This document shows, in pieces, positions 1-16,839 of a stretch of DNA of 64,000 nt. Source of the stretch: Blastocystis sp. Blastoise. Its lineage: Eukaryota; Protista; Bigyra: Opalinata. The number at the start of each line of letters is the position of its first letter. Position 1 is the first letter of the stretch. The notes beneath the pieces were generated by a model, which saw only the letters and a list, made by a program, of their open reading frames with translations, was not told the origin of the DNA and made no database searches. The stretch spans positions 372,001 to 436,000 of the forward strand of contig JBBPEB010000032.1 of the NCBI GenBank assembly GCA_039096225.1. Direction: 5' to 3'. A program made the position numbers and the translations under genes.

Positions 1-108
1 TTATTATGTTTATATCTAATTATTATTATTATGTTTATATATATGATAACATTATTTTAAAATAATAGTATATAATAATAATAATAAGATAAATATATAT
101 ATATATAC

Positions 109-910
109 TTGTGAAATAGCTTCCATATAATCTTCATGTTCAACAATGGAACTGTCTCTACGTAAGGCTAACATACCTGCTTCTACACATACTGCCTTCA
201 TCATAGCACCACTGAAATCCTCAGTTGAACGAGCTATCTCCTCAAAATTAACACCTATATATATATATAAAGAATAATATAAATATTATAAATATATTTA
301 TAATTAAAAATAGATTTATAAAAATATATATTTTCTTTTTAAATGAAATAAAAGTATTAAATATTAGTATAATTTATATAATAATGAGATAGATATAATA
401 TATATATGTTGTATAAAAATAGAATATATATAATATATAATATAATATAATATAATATAATATAATATATAAGATACATATACACAATATAATATTATAC
501 ATATATATATATATACCTTCTTTATCATAGGTCATTCCTCTACTGTGTATCTCTAATATACGCATACGTCCTTCCTCATTTGGATTGGGTAATTCGATTT
601 TACGATCTAAACGGCCTGAACGTAATAACGCGGGATCTAAAATATCTGGACGATTTGTAGCGGCAATTACTTTTAGAGATATATAATTATAATATATATA
701 TACATATTGTATTCATAGAAAGAGTTTAAAGAATGATTATATATAGAAAAAAATTATATATATATATATATATTATGTTAGATTTAATATATACTTTAAT
801 TCTAGTATCTGAACTAAATCCATCTAATTGATTTAATAGTTCTAATAGAGTTCTTTGAACTTCACGACTACCACCTCCCTCGTTACCTCTCTTTACACCT
901 ACGGCATCTA

Positions 911-957
<47 letters not shown>

Positions 958-1096
958 TTAATAATATACTTCATCAATAAATATAATAGCACCTTTAAAA
1001 TGATCTTTTTCAATCTTTTCTTTAGCTAAATCAAAACAATCACGTACCATCTATACATATATATATATAATTGTACATAGAATAATAGGATGTAGG

Positions 1097-1133
<37 letters not shown>

Positions 1134-1301
1134 TCTTGCTCCTTCACCTATATACATTTGTGATAATTGTGTTGCGGACAACTTTATAAAAGCAGCTTCT
1201 GTTTCTTTAGCGCATGCACGTGCAAGGAGGGTCTTGCCCGTGCCTGGGGGACCATATAATAATACACCTAGATAATTACATAATAATAATAAATATTAAT
1301 G

Positions 1302-1346
<45 letters not shown>

Positions 1347-1473
1347 TATATATATATATATACCTTTAGGTGCGCGAATACCAATTTTTACATATAATTC
1401 CCCGTGGGAAATTGGTAAAACAACAGCTTCTTTTAATTCCTGAATTTGTTTATCAAGACCACCAATATCACAG

Positions 1474-1514
<41 letters not shown>

Positions 1515-1583
1515 ATTATTACTATTAAATGAATGTAAAATAAATATAATATTCAATAAAAAAAAAGAATATAAAGAGAATAA

Positions 1584-1616
<33 letters not shown>

Positions 1617-2383
1617 TATATACTCATCATCAGGTTTTTCATCTAAATACATCGATTTTACACGAGTATCATATTCATTAGGTAATTTCTCATATATAAT
1701 ATAGGTATCTTTATTTACTCCAATTAATTCCCCTGGGGATAATTCGCTTTTAGGGATGAGACCCGTATTGGGTAAAAAGATAGACTATATTTAACAGAAT
1801 AATAAATAATAATAATTAAAAGAATAATTAAAAGAATAATAATTAAAAGAATAATAAATAAAGAATAATAATTAAAAGAATAATAAATAAATAATAATTA
1901 AAATAATAATTAAAAGAATAATAATTAAAAAAACAATAATAACTTTAAAACATACATGTCTATCTGTTGTTTTCACTACAGAACAATTTATAGTTTTCTT
2001 TGGATTTCGTTCATCAGGTATTTCAATGTGCTATAAAAAAATGAAAAAATATATATAAAATCAATTAAATAACATGATTCACTTGTTGATATTTCAAATA
2101 AACATCATACAAGTATAAAATATATCTATAGATACCTCAACGAAATTGCCTACAAGATAGGGAAGACGAATCGACTTTTTAATCTGACTTTGTTGCTTCT
2201 TTAATAATTCTTGTGTTTGCATAATGAAGTACTTCTTCTCTGCTATTCCAGAATCAATTATATTTATTTCACTTTTCAAAGCAGAAATTCTAGTTCTAAT
2301 TTGTTCATCTGTTAATGTATCTAAGGATTCTATATAACATAGACTAAGATAGACTATTCATTAAAAATACCGAATTCACTCAT
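109..2383 (-). CDS. PSMC3: 26S proteasome AAA-ATPase subunit RPT5/6A (multi-exon; 3' end runs off the window start)
   Basis: Spliced translation [19 protein letters not shown]...[12 protein letters not shown]...[19 protein letters not shown]...GPPGTGKT (Walker A)...IIFIDEID (Walker B)...[17 protein letters not shown]...[27 protein letters not shown] at 2383. Confidence 0.95.
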
Positions 2384-3056
2384 TATATGTAGTTTCTTAA
2401 GATAATATGAATAAGAAGAAAATTTAGAAAAAAAAGTCTTAGAGAAAAGGGGAATTTTTAATTCTCGCCTTTTATTTTTATAAAATCACGATTATTCTTC
2501 TTTTCTAGAAAAATGATAACAAAACTATCTAATATGTCCTTTTCTAGGACTCTTAAATTATAGTTAATTCATAAAATAGTTTATGGAGCATATCTATATC
2601 CGTCGTGCTACTAAAAATTGGAATAAAATGTTGATGTCACGCATTTTATCATTTAACCTATTTTTTTTCTGTGCAGAAATAAGCAAACGTTATCAAAAAC
2701 TAATTGTAATATTTATAAGATATATTTTCTAGGAGAAATGATCAACATATATAGCAATTCTTTTTAAAATGTCTCTGTTTTTCATATATATATATTCAAT
2801 GAATACTAAAAATAATTTAAAACAAAACCAATAAATTAGTTAACAACGCATGACACGTTTAAGCCACAAGATACTTATATACTAAGCCTAACAAGGAGAT
2901 CTTTATATAACATAATATAAAAATATATCAGTTAATAGCAATATATGAAAAGTAGAATAAAAAAATAAAACTATATAAAAAAAAATTAAAACTATATAAA
3001 AAAAAATTAAAACTATATAAAAATAACAACAATAAATAAATAGTTAATATATTTAT

Positions 3057-6000
3057 TTAAACTTTAACAGTTTTGGCACCAGTAGTAGGTTTCTTGTTAC
3101 TGTTAGATTTAGCAGCACTAATTTGTTTATGACCACCCTTCTTGCCCTTCTTTCTACGTAAGACAATGCAAGTTACAATAAGAGCAACAAAGATGATAAT
3201 AATGATAACAGCAATAACAATAAGGACAACACCACCAGCACCAAGACCAGGAGCATCAATAGAACTAAGAGTAATAACAGCAGTTTCAGATCCTTTAGCA
3301 TTAGCAAGAGTAATAGTATAATCAGCTTCAACAAAATTAGTTTGAGGTTTACCACTAATAATACCAGTCTTAGTATTAATAGATAATCCAGCAGGAAGAG
3401 CAGGAGTAATAGTAATATTATATTCAGCAGCTCTAACTCTAGGTTGAGGAGTAGCATTATCTCTACCTGTATAGAAGACATAAGACTTAGCAGAATAAAC
3501 AAGAGGTCTAGGAGCATCTAATTCACATAAATATTGAGGATCAGCATAGACACCATTAGTACAAGCTCTTCTTGTAGCACCAACGAAATAAGCAGGACAA
3601 GCCTTAAAACCAAAGCCACCTTCAGGAGCAGCACCAAATCCATCAATAGCAGGACAAGAAGCAGGTTTATTATTAATATAGAATCCAAGTTCAGATAATT
3701 GAATATGACCATCACCACAATAACTATCATAACCAATAGAAGGATTATTACATTCAAGAACAACCATACGAATAGAATTATAAGCTTCAAGACTATAGAA
3801 ATCATAACTGAAGGTTTGTTTGAAAGTACTAAAGAATTGATTACGTTCATAATCTAATAAAGTCCAAGTATCACCATTATCATTAGAACCTTCAAGTCTC
3901 CAAGTAGAAGGATGTCTTCTATTACAATCATTAGCATTAGTTACCTTATAATGATTCACAAATTCTTTACGACCATTACTAAAAGTATATTGGAAAATAG
4001 CACCAACACAACGAGGACCATTGACAACCTTAGTTTGAATATTATTATCAAAAAGTTTTTCAACACCTTCATTACCAGTATTATTAATATCAGACCAAAC
4101 AGTACCTTCTTTAACTCTATAATCATTATTACCAAGGAAAGAAGCAGATCCTTCAAAACCACAAGTAGTAGGAAGTTTATCCTTCTTATGAATTTCAACA
4201 GCAAATACATTTAATCCAGTAATAACAGATTGAGTAGTAAGACTTTGAGAAAGATAATAACGAACATAAGCATCAGTTTCAGCAGTAGCTAAAGTTTCAC
4301 TATTAATAGCACCAGTAGTAGGCATATTAACTCTATGAATTTCCTTACCATTCAAATACATAACAATACCACCATAAGAAGAAGCACCAAATTCAATACC
4401 AGCAAGAGTAGCATCAAGAGAAGTAATAGTAAATGTAGCTCTATAATATTGAGTAGTACCAGTAGGAGCAGGGAAGCTACCAGGTAAAGCAGTTTGCCAA
4501 GTATTATCAGAGAATGTTACAGTATTCCATCCAGAAGGAGCAGAACCATAAACATATTTCCATTGAGTACCACCAGGAGCAATGAGTCTACCAATATTAG
4601 CAGTAACAGTCTTAGGAGATTCACCATAAGCAACAGTTGTCTTAAGAACAAGTACTTCATCTTCATAGATAATTCTAACATAACCATCACCCCAACCATC
4701 ATTAGCAGTATCACCTAAAACAAGAGTATAAACACCAGCAGGTTTACAATAACCAAATCTTTGAGTAGTATAACTAACGGCAACATTCTTACTATCAACT
4801 ACTTGATTACTAGGATCCTTAAGAGTCCAAGAAGCTTCAATAGCACCACCAGCAAAATAGAATTCAAGCATAAATAATTGATTAGGAGAAGCACAAGCAA
4901 TAACAGAGAAAGTAACAGTAGTAGTAGCAGTTTGTCCTTTAATACTCTTAGCAGTAATAGTATATACAGTAGGAGTTAATAAAGTAGTAGGAACACCATT
5001 GAAATAACCATTAGAAGTATCCATAGTGATACCAGTAGGAAGAGCAGGAGTAATAGTATAATCACTATAATATTCAGAAGAAGTTAAAAGAGCAGGAACA
5101 CTTATACCTTTATAAGCAATAAGATTAGAAGGAGCCATAGATAAAGCAGGAATAACAATAGTATCAAGATCTATAGTATAAAATTCTAATTCAAGAAGAG
5201 CATATCTATTTTGATCCATTAATTGAGCTCTTGTAACAGTTAATCTATAACCAGCCCAAGCTTGAGTTAATCCAGAAATATAGAAACATTGTCTTTGATT
5301 TCTATCTTCCCAAGAAACGTTAGTTTGATTAGAAAGAAGAGTCCATGCTTGACCATCCATAGAACCAGAAATATACCAATCAAGAGGATCATGTTGAGGA
5401 GCATCCCAACTATTAATTACACAATATTTATTAGCATAAGCAGCTTTCTTATTAGAGAACATAATTTGAATAAATTTAGGAGATTTAGAATCGTGAAGAC
5501 CAGTAATCCAACGAGTACCAATATTAGAATCAAAAGCAGAAGAAGCAGAACCATCCATATCAATACTATCACTAGAAGCAATACCAGAAGGATTTAAAGC
5601 AACTTTAGAATCAGCATTTAATCTGAAAAGAGCATCAACATCAAGATCATAACTACCCGAACCAATATTAAGATGAGCCATAGCAATAGTAACAGAATTA
5701 CCAGCATTTAATGAGCTCATAGGGCCAGAAACAGATCTCCAAATGAAACTAGTTTCACCAGAAGTAGCAAAAGAACTAGTAGAAACAGCACCATCAGAAA
5801 TAGCATATCTATAAACTTCAACACCATTAACATAAACTACGCTACCAGCTTTAGCCTTAAAGTATAATTCCCAACCAACCATATTAGTCTTAGAAGTAAT
5901 AGTAAAAGTCTTTCTGAATAAAGCTAAGTTTTGAGTAGCAGTAGTCATAGGAGAATAAGAAGTAGTTTGCCAAGCAGCATCAGAGAAAGAAGTAGCAAAC

Positions 6001-7474
6001 CAATTAGCAGGAACTTGTCCTACAATATATTTAAGACCAGTCTTAGCAGCAAGATCAAGACGAGTATTAACATAGAAAGTATCAGTAGTACCAGAAGGTA
6101 AATATAAACGAGCAACACGAATACTTTCAGTAGCAGAATATTTAATAGAAATATCTAAATAAGCACCTTTTTCCCAACCATTATTACCATCATCAAATAA
6201 AACTACCTTCAGTCTACCAGCAGCTTGACATTCACCATGAAGTTGATCAGCACCATTATTAACACCTTGACCAGCATATAATTGAGTATTAGTTTCAGAA
6301 TAAACAATGAAACGTTCATCAGTAGAAGTACCCTTATTAACCTTACGATAAGTAACTTGAGCTTGAGTAGGTTGAGAACAACCAATGACAGTAATAGTTA
6401 ATTGGAAAGAAGAAGGTTGATTATCAGCACCAACAGCACTAATAGTATAAGCTTGAGAAGAAGCAGCTTCAGTACTACCATAAATATTACCATTATCAGC
6501 ATTTAAGAAAAGACCAGAAGGAAGAGCAGGAGTAATAGTAAAAGTAGTATAACCATTAGAATCAGGATTAATATTAACATCAGAGAAAGCATTAACACTT
6601 TCAATAGCATTAGGATAATGAACACCAGAAGCAAGAATAGGTTTATTATAAGCTACAATTTCAAATTCAGAAACTTGAACTTTACTATCACCATTATTAT
6701 TAAGAACTTCAAATTTAACTTTATTAAATGCTTTTCTATTTGTAAGTAAATAGTAAACTTTAGTTTGTTTTCTACTATCAAAAGTTTCACCAGATTTATT
6801 ATCTAATAAAATCCAAGTAGCACCATTATCTTCAGAAGCCCAAACTTTCCATACTTTAGGATCTCTTCCAGGAACATCATTACCAGAAGTAATACGATAA
6901 GCATTAAACCAAGCTTTAGAACCAGTAGGGAGACTATAAACAGCAGTAACAGCAGTAACATCATCAACTAAGAACTTAGAAGAATAAGAGCCATCAAATA
7001 ATTTAGCACAATTTTCATTAGCATTACCAGTATTTTCAGGAGTACAAGTACCAGTACCACCTTGACCAACAACAACACCATCAGTAGAAGAAAGGAGAGT
7101 AATAAAACCATTGAAAGGATCAACAGAATTTAATTGAGAAGTAGAAGCATGAACTTCAATAGCAAGAGTAATTTGACCAGTAGTACCATAAATAGCTTTA
7201 GGAATAACAACACTATAATTGAATGAATATAGAAATTATATTGTATATATTGATTTTTTTTCAAATTAAACAAATAGTAATATATAAAAAGAGTATATAG
7301 AAATAATATTGAAAAATTTAAATATATATATATATTCAAAAAAATATATAGAATAGAGATATACCTCTTCCAAGTAGCAGATTCTTCAGCAACAGTAGAA
7401 GGAATATCAGCACCAACAACACCACTATATATGAAATAGTTTATAAATGTAATCATAATAATAAGATATATATA

Positions 7475-7510
<36 letters not shown>

Positions 7511-8456
7511 CATAATAATCATAATAATCATAATAATCATAATCATAATTATAATCATAATATATACGCAGGTAAAGCAAAACGATTAATTTCTTCACCA
7601 TTAGCATATAAGATAAATCCAGAATTAGTGTTAACATAAACTTGAATAGCAAAAGCAGCAGCATCATTGACAGAAACATTAAGTCTATAATAACGAGTAG
7701 TAGTAGTAACAGAAGGGAAAGATCCAGGAGCAGTAGCAACCCAAGAAGCATCTCCAAAAGTAGTTTGAGTCCAAGTAGTACCACTTTGAGCAACATTAGA
7801 GTATTTCCAAGAACTACCAGGAGCAACACTTACATTAGCTATAATGAAAAACATTTAGAAATGATTTATAATATCAAAAAGTATCATAAATAATAAGAAT
7901 TTCAAAATATATATATAATAAATAATTATTCAAACAATAATAATCAATATGTATATATACTATTAAAAGGCTTAGCAATATAGGTGGCTTTAGGATCAGA
8001 AGAAGTACTACCAGAAGAAGAATAGAAAACAATTCCAGCATAAGTAATAGAAACCTTAGATCCAGTAGACCAGCCATCACCATAACTAAAGTAATAAAAA
8101 ACAATAGATTTGATATATGAATCATAAAAACATACGAATCTTTAACACCTAAGGTGTAAACAGTATTGAAACTCATGCAGACAGGAATAACATCGGTGTA
8201 ACCAGCGTAACCAACACCAGTCTTTTCAACAATAGCAGTACCATCTAAACTAGTACCTTGTACAATTTTGAAACTTTCTTCAGAAGGATATGCAGCATAG
8301 GTTCTTATAATTTGGAATTCAAGTTGAGGAGCAACGCATTGGGCTTGAACTACACAAAATGATCAAATTAGAAAATTGTGTATTTAAAAAATAGAATATC
8401 AATATACTTAATCCAATAAAGGAAGCAACAAAGAGAATATAAAATATAGTCTTCAT
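3057..8456 (-). CDS. ~1,600-aa type-I membrane surface protein with three tandem [GDGW domain / beta-sandwich / F5/8 type C-like / He_PIG Ig-like] modules
   Basis: Signal peptide MKTIFYILFVASFIGL. Five GT-AG introns at the 5' end, then a final exon of ~4.15 kb that contains the 963-aa ORF. Repeated motifs: WKY..W...F.D..W, LFD....K, Y.ITS.ND...RDP..W....S.D.G.TW.LLD, ITPALP.GL......G.I.G.P. TM segment GVVLIVIAVIIIIIFVALIVTCIVL followed by a basic tail. Confidence 0.9.
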
Positions 8457-10652
8457 ATTTAAACCTTTGTAATAAATAAATAAATTTGAGTAATAATGTA
8501 ATGATAAAAAAATCCACGCTTCTCTATTTGTTTACATGGATGTTTGTGTGGAAATCTCGATTTCGGTCTGGGGTACTCCCACTTATGACCGTGGAGCCGA
8601 AGAGCCTTTGGAATAAGATCGTGATGCGTCATTGAAGACGGGTTATCCTTGTTCTTCAATATCCAATGAAAATCAGTATTGAGCCACTTTAAACTTGGAT
8701 TGATGTCGAGGTCTCAAAAAAGGGGAACTAATTGTCAAAATCAAATGAAATTATTAGCCAATGAAAAACCTTTCTAGAAGTTGAGATGAATTCCCAAAAC
8801 ATGTTTCGTCATCATGAATCAAAAGATTTTTATAATAACTATACTGAAAAATGAATAAAAAGAATTGACACATAGATCATCACCATTATATGTGTCTCGT
8901 TTCAAAAATGAATGAATGGTCCTCATTATTTGTTGTTCTAAAAAAATTTTTTTGTGGCTATAAGTTTGTTTATAACGTCGTTATTTTTTTAACTGAAAGA
9001 AGTATTCCTTTATTACTAAAAGATATTCAAGTTATTTACGTAATAGAGGGGAAACTCCCATGGCAGTCAAAGCATAATACGGAATTATAATATCTTCGCT
9101 GACAACCTAATTATTTTAATAGTATTTGATTCTTATCAAGGCGTAATAAATAAAGGTATAATAGTATCATATTTAGACATCTTGTAAAAATAAAGTTGAG
9201 GATTTTCTTTATATATTTACGGTTGAAGAGATCCATATAAAGGCATTTTTATACTCAAAGTATCATATTATTGCATTCTTTATGTGAATAGACTCATTAA
9301 AATGAAAAAAGAAACAAAAAAGTAAATTTTAATTGTTTTTAGAAACCGTGATTGAATACTTATGTTTAAACATTATGCTTTCGTTAGTTATTTAAGCTTA
9401 AAAACCAGCTCAGACTAGCAAGGGTAAAAGAAAAATCAAAATTTATGTTATTAGAAATATGAATAACTGGGAAATTTGTTTCTCATAGAATACATTTTTT
9501 ATTTATATTAGGTTTAAGATAAATAAAAGTCATAATAAAATCATGAAAAAACAATTAACTAATAATTTGTTACTAAACTATTTTTAGATATTGATGTTCC
9601 ATTATATTGATGCAGATCTAAGTAATTTCATTAAAATTATGTTATCAAAAATGAATTATGTTTTCAAAGATAATTAATTTCGTTTTAAAATAGCTTTTAG
9701 CAGTATTTTTCAAAATTTACTATGTAAAAATGAGCACTTTGTGTCATCATTTAAGTATTATGTTTTAAAAATTCAAAAAATTACCGACTAAGATATGATC
9801 GAAATGCATATAAATGATGTTCTAGACATATATAAACATATATATACTCATATATATACTTATATTCCTAATATATATTTAAAAAGACAAAAAAAAATGT
9901 TAAAGGAGGTTTTTAGTAAAATCTCTTTTGTAAATAAACTTTTGCTTTGTACTAAGATGGTAAATATGATAATATTCATTTAAAATATTTTTTACATTCC
10001 TAGATCCATTGTCAGTAGTTATTTATATGTATATTTCGTTTCTGAAAGAATTATGAACAAATGTGTTTTAACATATTTGAAATATTCATGACCATCTTCA
10101 TATAAAATGAATAACAAAGTGATATAGTTTAGACTGGATAACACATAGTATTCTAGATTTATAATAATTGTTGGGTGATAGAAAAACAATACGTCAGACG
10201 CAAGTTATTATTTTTTTAAATATATGTTCTTTCGTTGCCTAAAGTGAATTATTAAAAAAATTAATGATAGATTATAATAAAAAATGAAATGGCATAAAAA
10301 AAATAATGAGTATTTATTTTATAAAAATTCCTTTATTCCAAAAAGAAACTTTATCGGAAGCATTATGTGTAAAACTGAATTCGAAAATTATAAATCAATA
10401 ATTTCTTAATTATATGAAAAACTTTTCTATAATGTATAAAATGCGTATTTATCGTTATTCGTAATATAGCACATCAAAATTTATACATCTTTAAGTAGAT
10501 AGATGAGATAAAAGTATTATGAATTCTGAAAAAAAAATAAAATTTAGTAAACAAGCAAAATAGAAAAACAAAAACATATACATATATAAACATCGAAAAC
10601 ATATTTTAACACTCTTTTATAATTTAGTTTTAATACTTGTATTTTATAAATT

Positions 10653-10723
10653 TTAATTCTTCCATCTAGAGATAAAAAAGAATAGATATATTAATAAATA
10701 AATAATAAAAAATAAATAAATAA

Positions 10724-10762
<39 letters not shown>

Positions 10763-12560
10763 AACATACATCTTAACGACTCTGTCTTTACCTCCTGAAG
10801 CTACACAAATACCAAAAGGGTTCCAATCTAAAGCATATACTTCATCAGCATGACCAGACAAAGTATACATAGCTTTTTTCTCTTTTACTTTCCATATTTT
10901 TATAGTACTATCTTTAGAAGCAGAAGCTACATAACGAGAATCAGGAGACCAAGCTACTTGATATACTGCACCTACATGACCACTTAATGTACTTACAATC
11001 CTATATATAGAGAATACTATATAGAAAATAGTATATAGAGATTTGAAACATAGTAGTAAATATATAAAATGAAAATTAAAAATAAATATATAAAATGAAA
11101 ATTAAAAATAAATATATAAAATAAAAATGAATATAAATATATAAAAATTAAAAAATTAAAAATAAAAAAAAAAAACAATAATATACACATATACATAAAA
11201 CTATATAAATAATACATTAATAATAATTATCACTAAAAAATATACTTTCCAGTAATAGCATCCCAAATTTTAACTTTTTTATCAAAAGATGCAGAAGCAA
11301 TATAACGAGAATCCGGACTAAATGCAATATGATTGACTAATTGTTGATGACCAACCAATCGGAATAAAGGTGTTTTAGAAGTTAGTGGCGTCCAAACAAA
11401 CATAGTAAAATCATCACTACAAGAAACTAATTTCTCTTCTCCTTCTAACTTCTTCTTTGCATATTTCTCACAAGCATTCTTATACATATCTTCTTCATTC
11501 TTAAACGATTGATGTTCAAAATCAAAACCTCCACTTCTTAATGTATATTCATTTGAAAGAGATAAACTATTAATACGATGTCCATGTCCTATTAAAGTTC
11601 TTATTAACTTACCATTATTCTTCTTTTGATGTATATCCATATTCCATACTCTTATAATACGATCTCTACCTGCTGTATATATCATACCTTCACCACTCCA
11701 TTTTACACATTCAATACTATCACTATGACCACTTATTGTTAGTTCTTTTAGCCCAGTACGTACATTCCAAACGATTACAGTACCATCTTTACTACTACTA
11801 GCAACACGTTCACAACTTTTATTTAAATGTAAAGGTTCCCAACATAAAGAAGTAATATATAATCGATGACCACGAAGGGTTTGTATTAATTTACCTGTTT
11901 GAGGATCCCATATCATAACGATACCACTCTTATCTCCTGAAGCATAATAATGACCGTTAGGACTCCATGCTGTACAAAGAACGTGATTTCTATAGGATAT
12001 AGAGATAATAGAATTATATAGTGTAACAGAATGGAGTAGAATTGATAGAATAGAAAAATTGAATTATAAACTAATAAAGAAAAATGTGAAAAAAAAATGA
12101 GAAATAAAAATATGTATATAATTTTTAATGAACCATTCTTTAGATTAATAATAATAATATAATAATAATAATAAACATAATAACAATAATAAACATAATA
12201 ATAACAATAAACATAATAACAATAACTTAATAACAATAAACATAATAACAATAATAAACATAATAATAACAATAAACATAATAACAATAATAAACATAAT
12301 ATCAATAATAAACATAATAATAAACATAATAATATACTTATGGCCAACACAGGTCGTAATAGGAGTACAAGTATTAATATCCCAGAAACGAACTGTCTTA
12401 TCACCACCCCCTGTTCCTAAGACTTGACCATCAGGACTAAATTGAACATGTAAAATAGCTTCTGTATGACCAGGAATATTATTTGAACAACGTGTCACAG
12501 GATTTACACGGAAAATAGATAATGGCACATAACAAATACTTATACTTGTTTCGGTAGATA

Positions 12561-12596
<36 letters not shown>

Positions 12597-13021
12597 AACA
12601 TTACAATATAAATATGAAACAAAAATTTATTTTAAAATAATAATAATGTATATGATCTTAAAAATTACTTCATCTTTAATAGCACCTTCTAAATTCTCAG
12701 TAACTTCTGTATTACCAACATAAAAAGCATAAGGAGTAGGTTCTTCCTCAGTTCCTAAAAGTTGATTCAAGACATCCTCAAGACTTGATGGGTCGTAATC
12801 CATAGGTAAATCAATTTTATCAGATAATTTTCCCTATAAAGGTTACAAAATGATAAATAAATAGTTTAGAGAAATAAAAACTAATATACATACATCTGCA
12901 GATACGAATTGAACGATAACAGTTGAAGCTACTTTTTGTTCATCTTCATCATCAGTCTAAAATAACTTAAATTTGATTTTATTTATAAACTTACTTTACG
13001 TCTTTTACTTTCAGGTTCCAT
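10653..13021 (-). CDS. NLE1: Notchless/Rsa4 WD40 ribosome-assembly protein
   Basis: N-terminal NLE domain (PYAFYV; IFRVNPVTRCSNNIPGHTEAILHVQFSPDG), WD40 repeats, WEPLH, LVSCSDDFTMFVW, RLVGHQQLVNHIAFSPDSRYIASASFDK, ending GGKDRVVKIWKN*. Confidence 0.95.
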
Positions 13022-13229
13022 TTTATACTATTCCTTTTCGAATTAATTAATAAAGATGAAAGAAATAAATTGAAAAAGACAATATGTAGAGTCCCATCAA
13101 AATATCTATAAAAATAGACATTTCATTCAAATAACCACGGAAGAACGCTATTTTGGTGTATTTGTGGTGGTTTTCAACACTTTTTCTTTCGAGGTTGTGA
13201 ATACCTTTTATTTCTGTCAATTAATCACC
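13022..13229. promoter_or_regulatory. Putative bidirectional promoter of NLE1 and Sas10
   Basis: Only 208 bp separate the two divergent ATGs. Confidence 0.55.
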
Positions 13230-16238
<3,009 letters not shown>

Positions 16239-16839
16239 TGATAGTCTATATTACATGCTTCATATAAAATATATCTTGATTTGTAACGTATTATTTTATC
16301 TATTTTAATTATTCTTGTGTTTGTCTCTTTGTTTCTATGCCATTTTCTTTACTGTTTATATATATTAGATACTTTTTGTTTTTATTCTTTTTTCTTGTTC
16401 ACTTTATTTCTTTTTTTATTTTACTATTTAACTTACAATTTTGGATATTTATCTTCTATTGTATATATATATTTTATGTTTTTAATTTTCTTTATGTTGA
16501 TCGTATTGTCATTCCTATTTTGTTTATTATAATTATTAAATAAAAATGTGACTTTTCTCATTGACGAAATTGCTTAAAATTTATTTAAAAAAATAAAATA
16601 TATTTTGTAAAAAAAATTTATGAATAATTATATATTAACATATGTAAAAATAAATAAAAAGTCAAATAAATAAAATCTCTTTTATTTCTTATAAATTAAA
16701 AAATATATTATAATATGAAATATAAGGATTAATAATGTTGTTCATCAATAACATGAAAAGTTAATGAATAAATATATATATATATAAACTATAAATATAA
16801 TAAAATATAAAGAATTAGATAATATATAATTGAAAAGTT

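Noticed and set aside
3173-5597. Overlapping and antisense ORFs inside the surface-protein gene
   Set aside because: Shadow frames caused by strong third-position codon bias.
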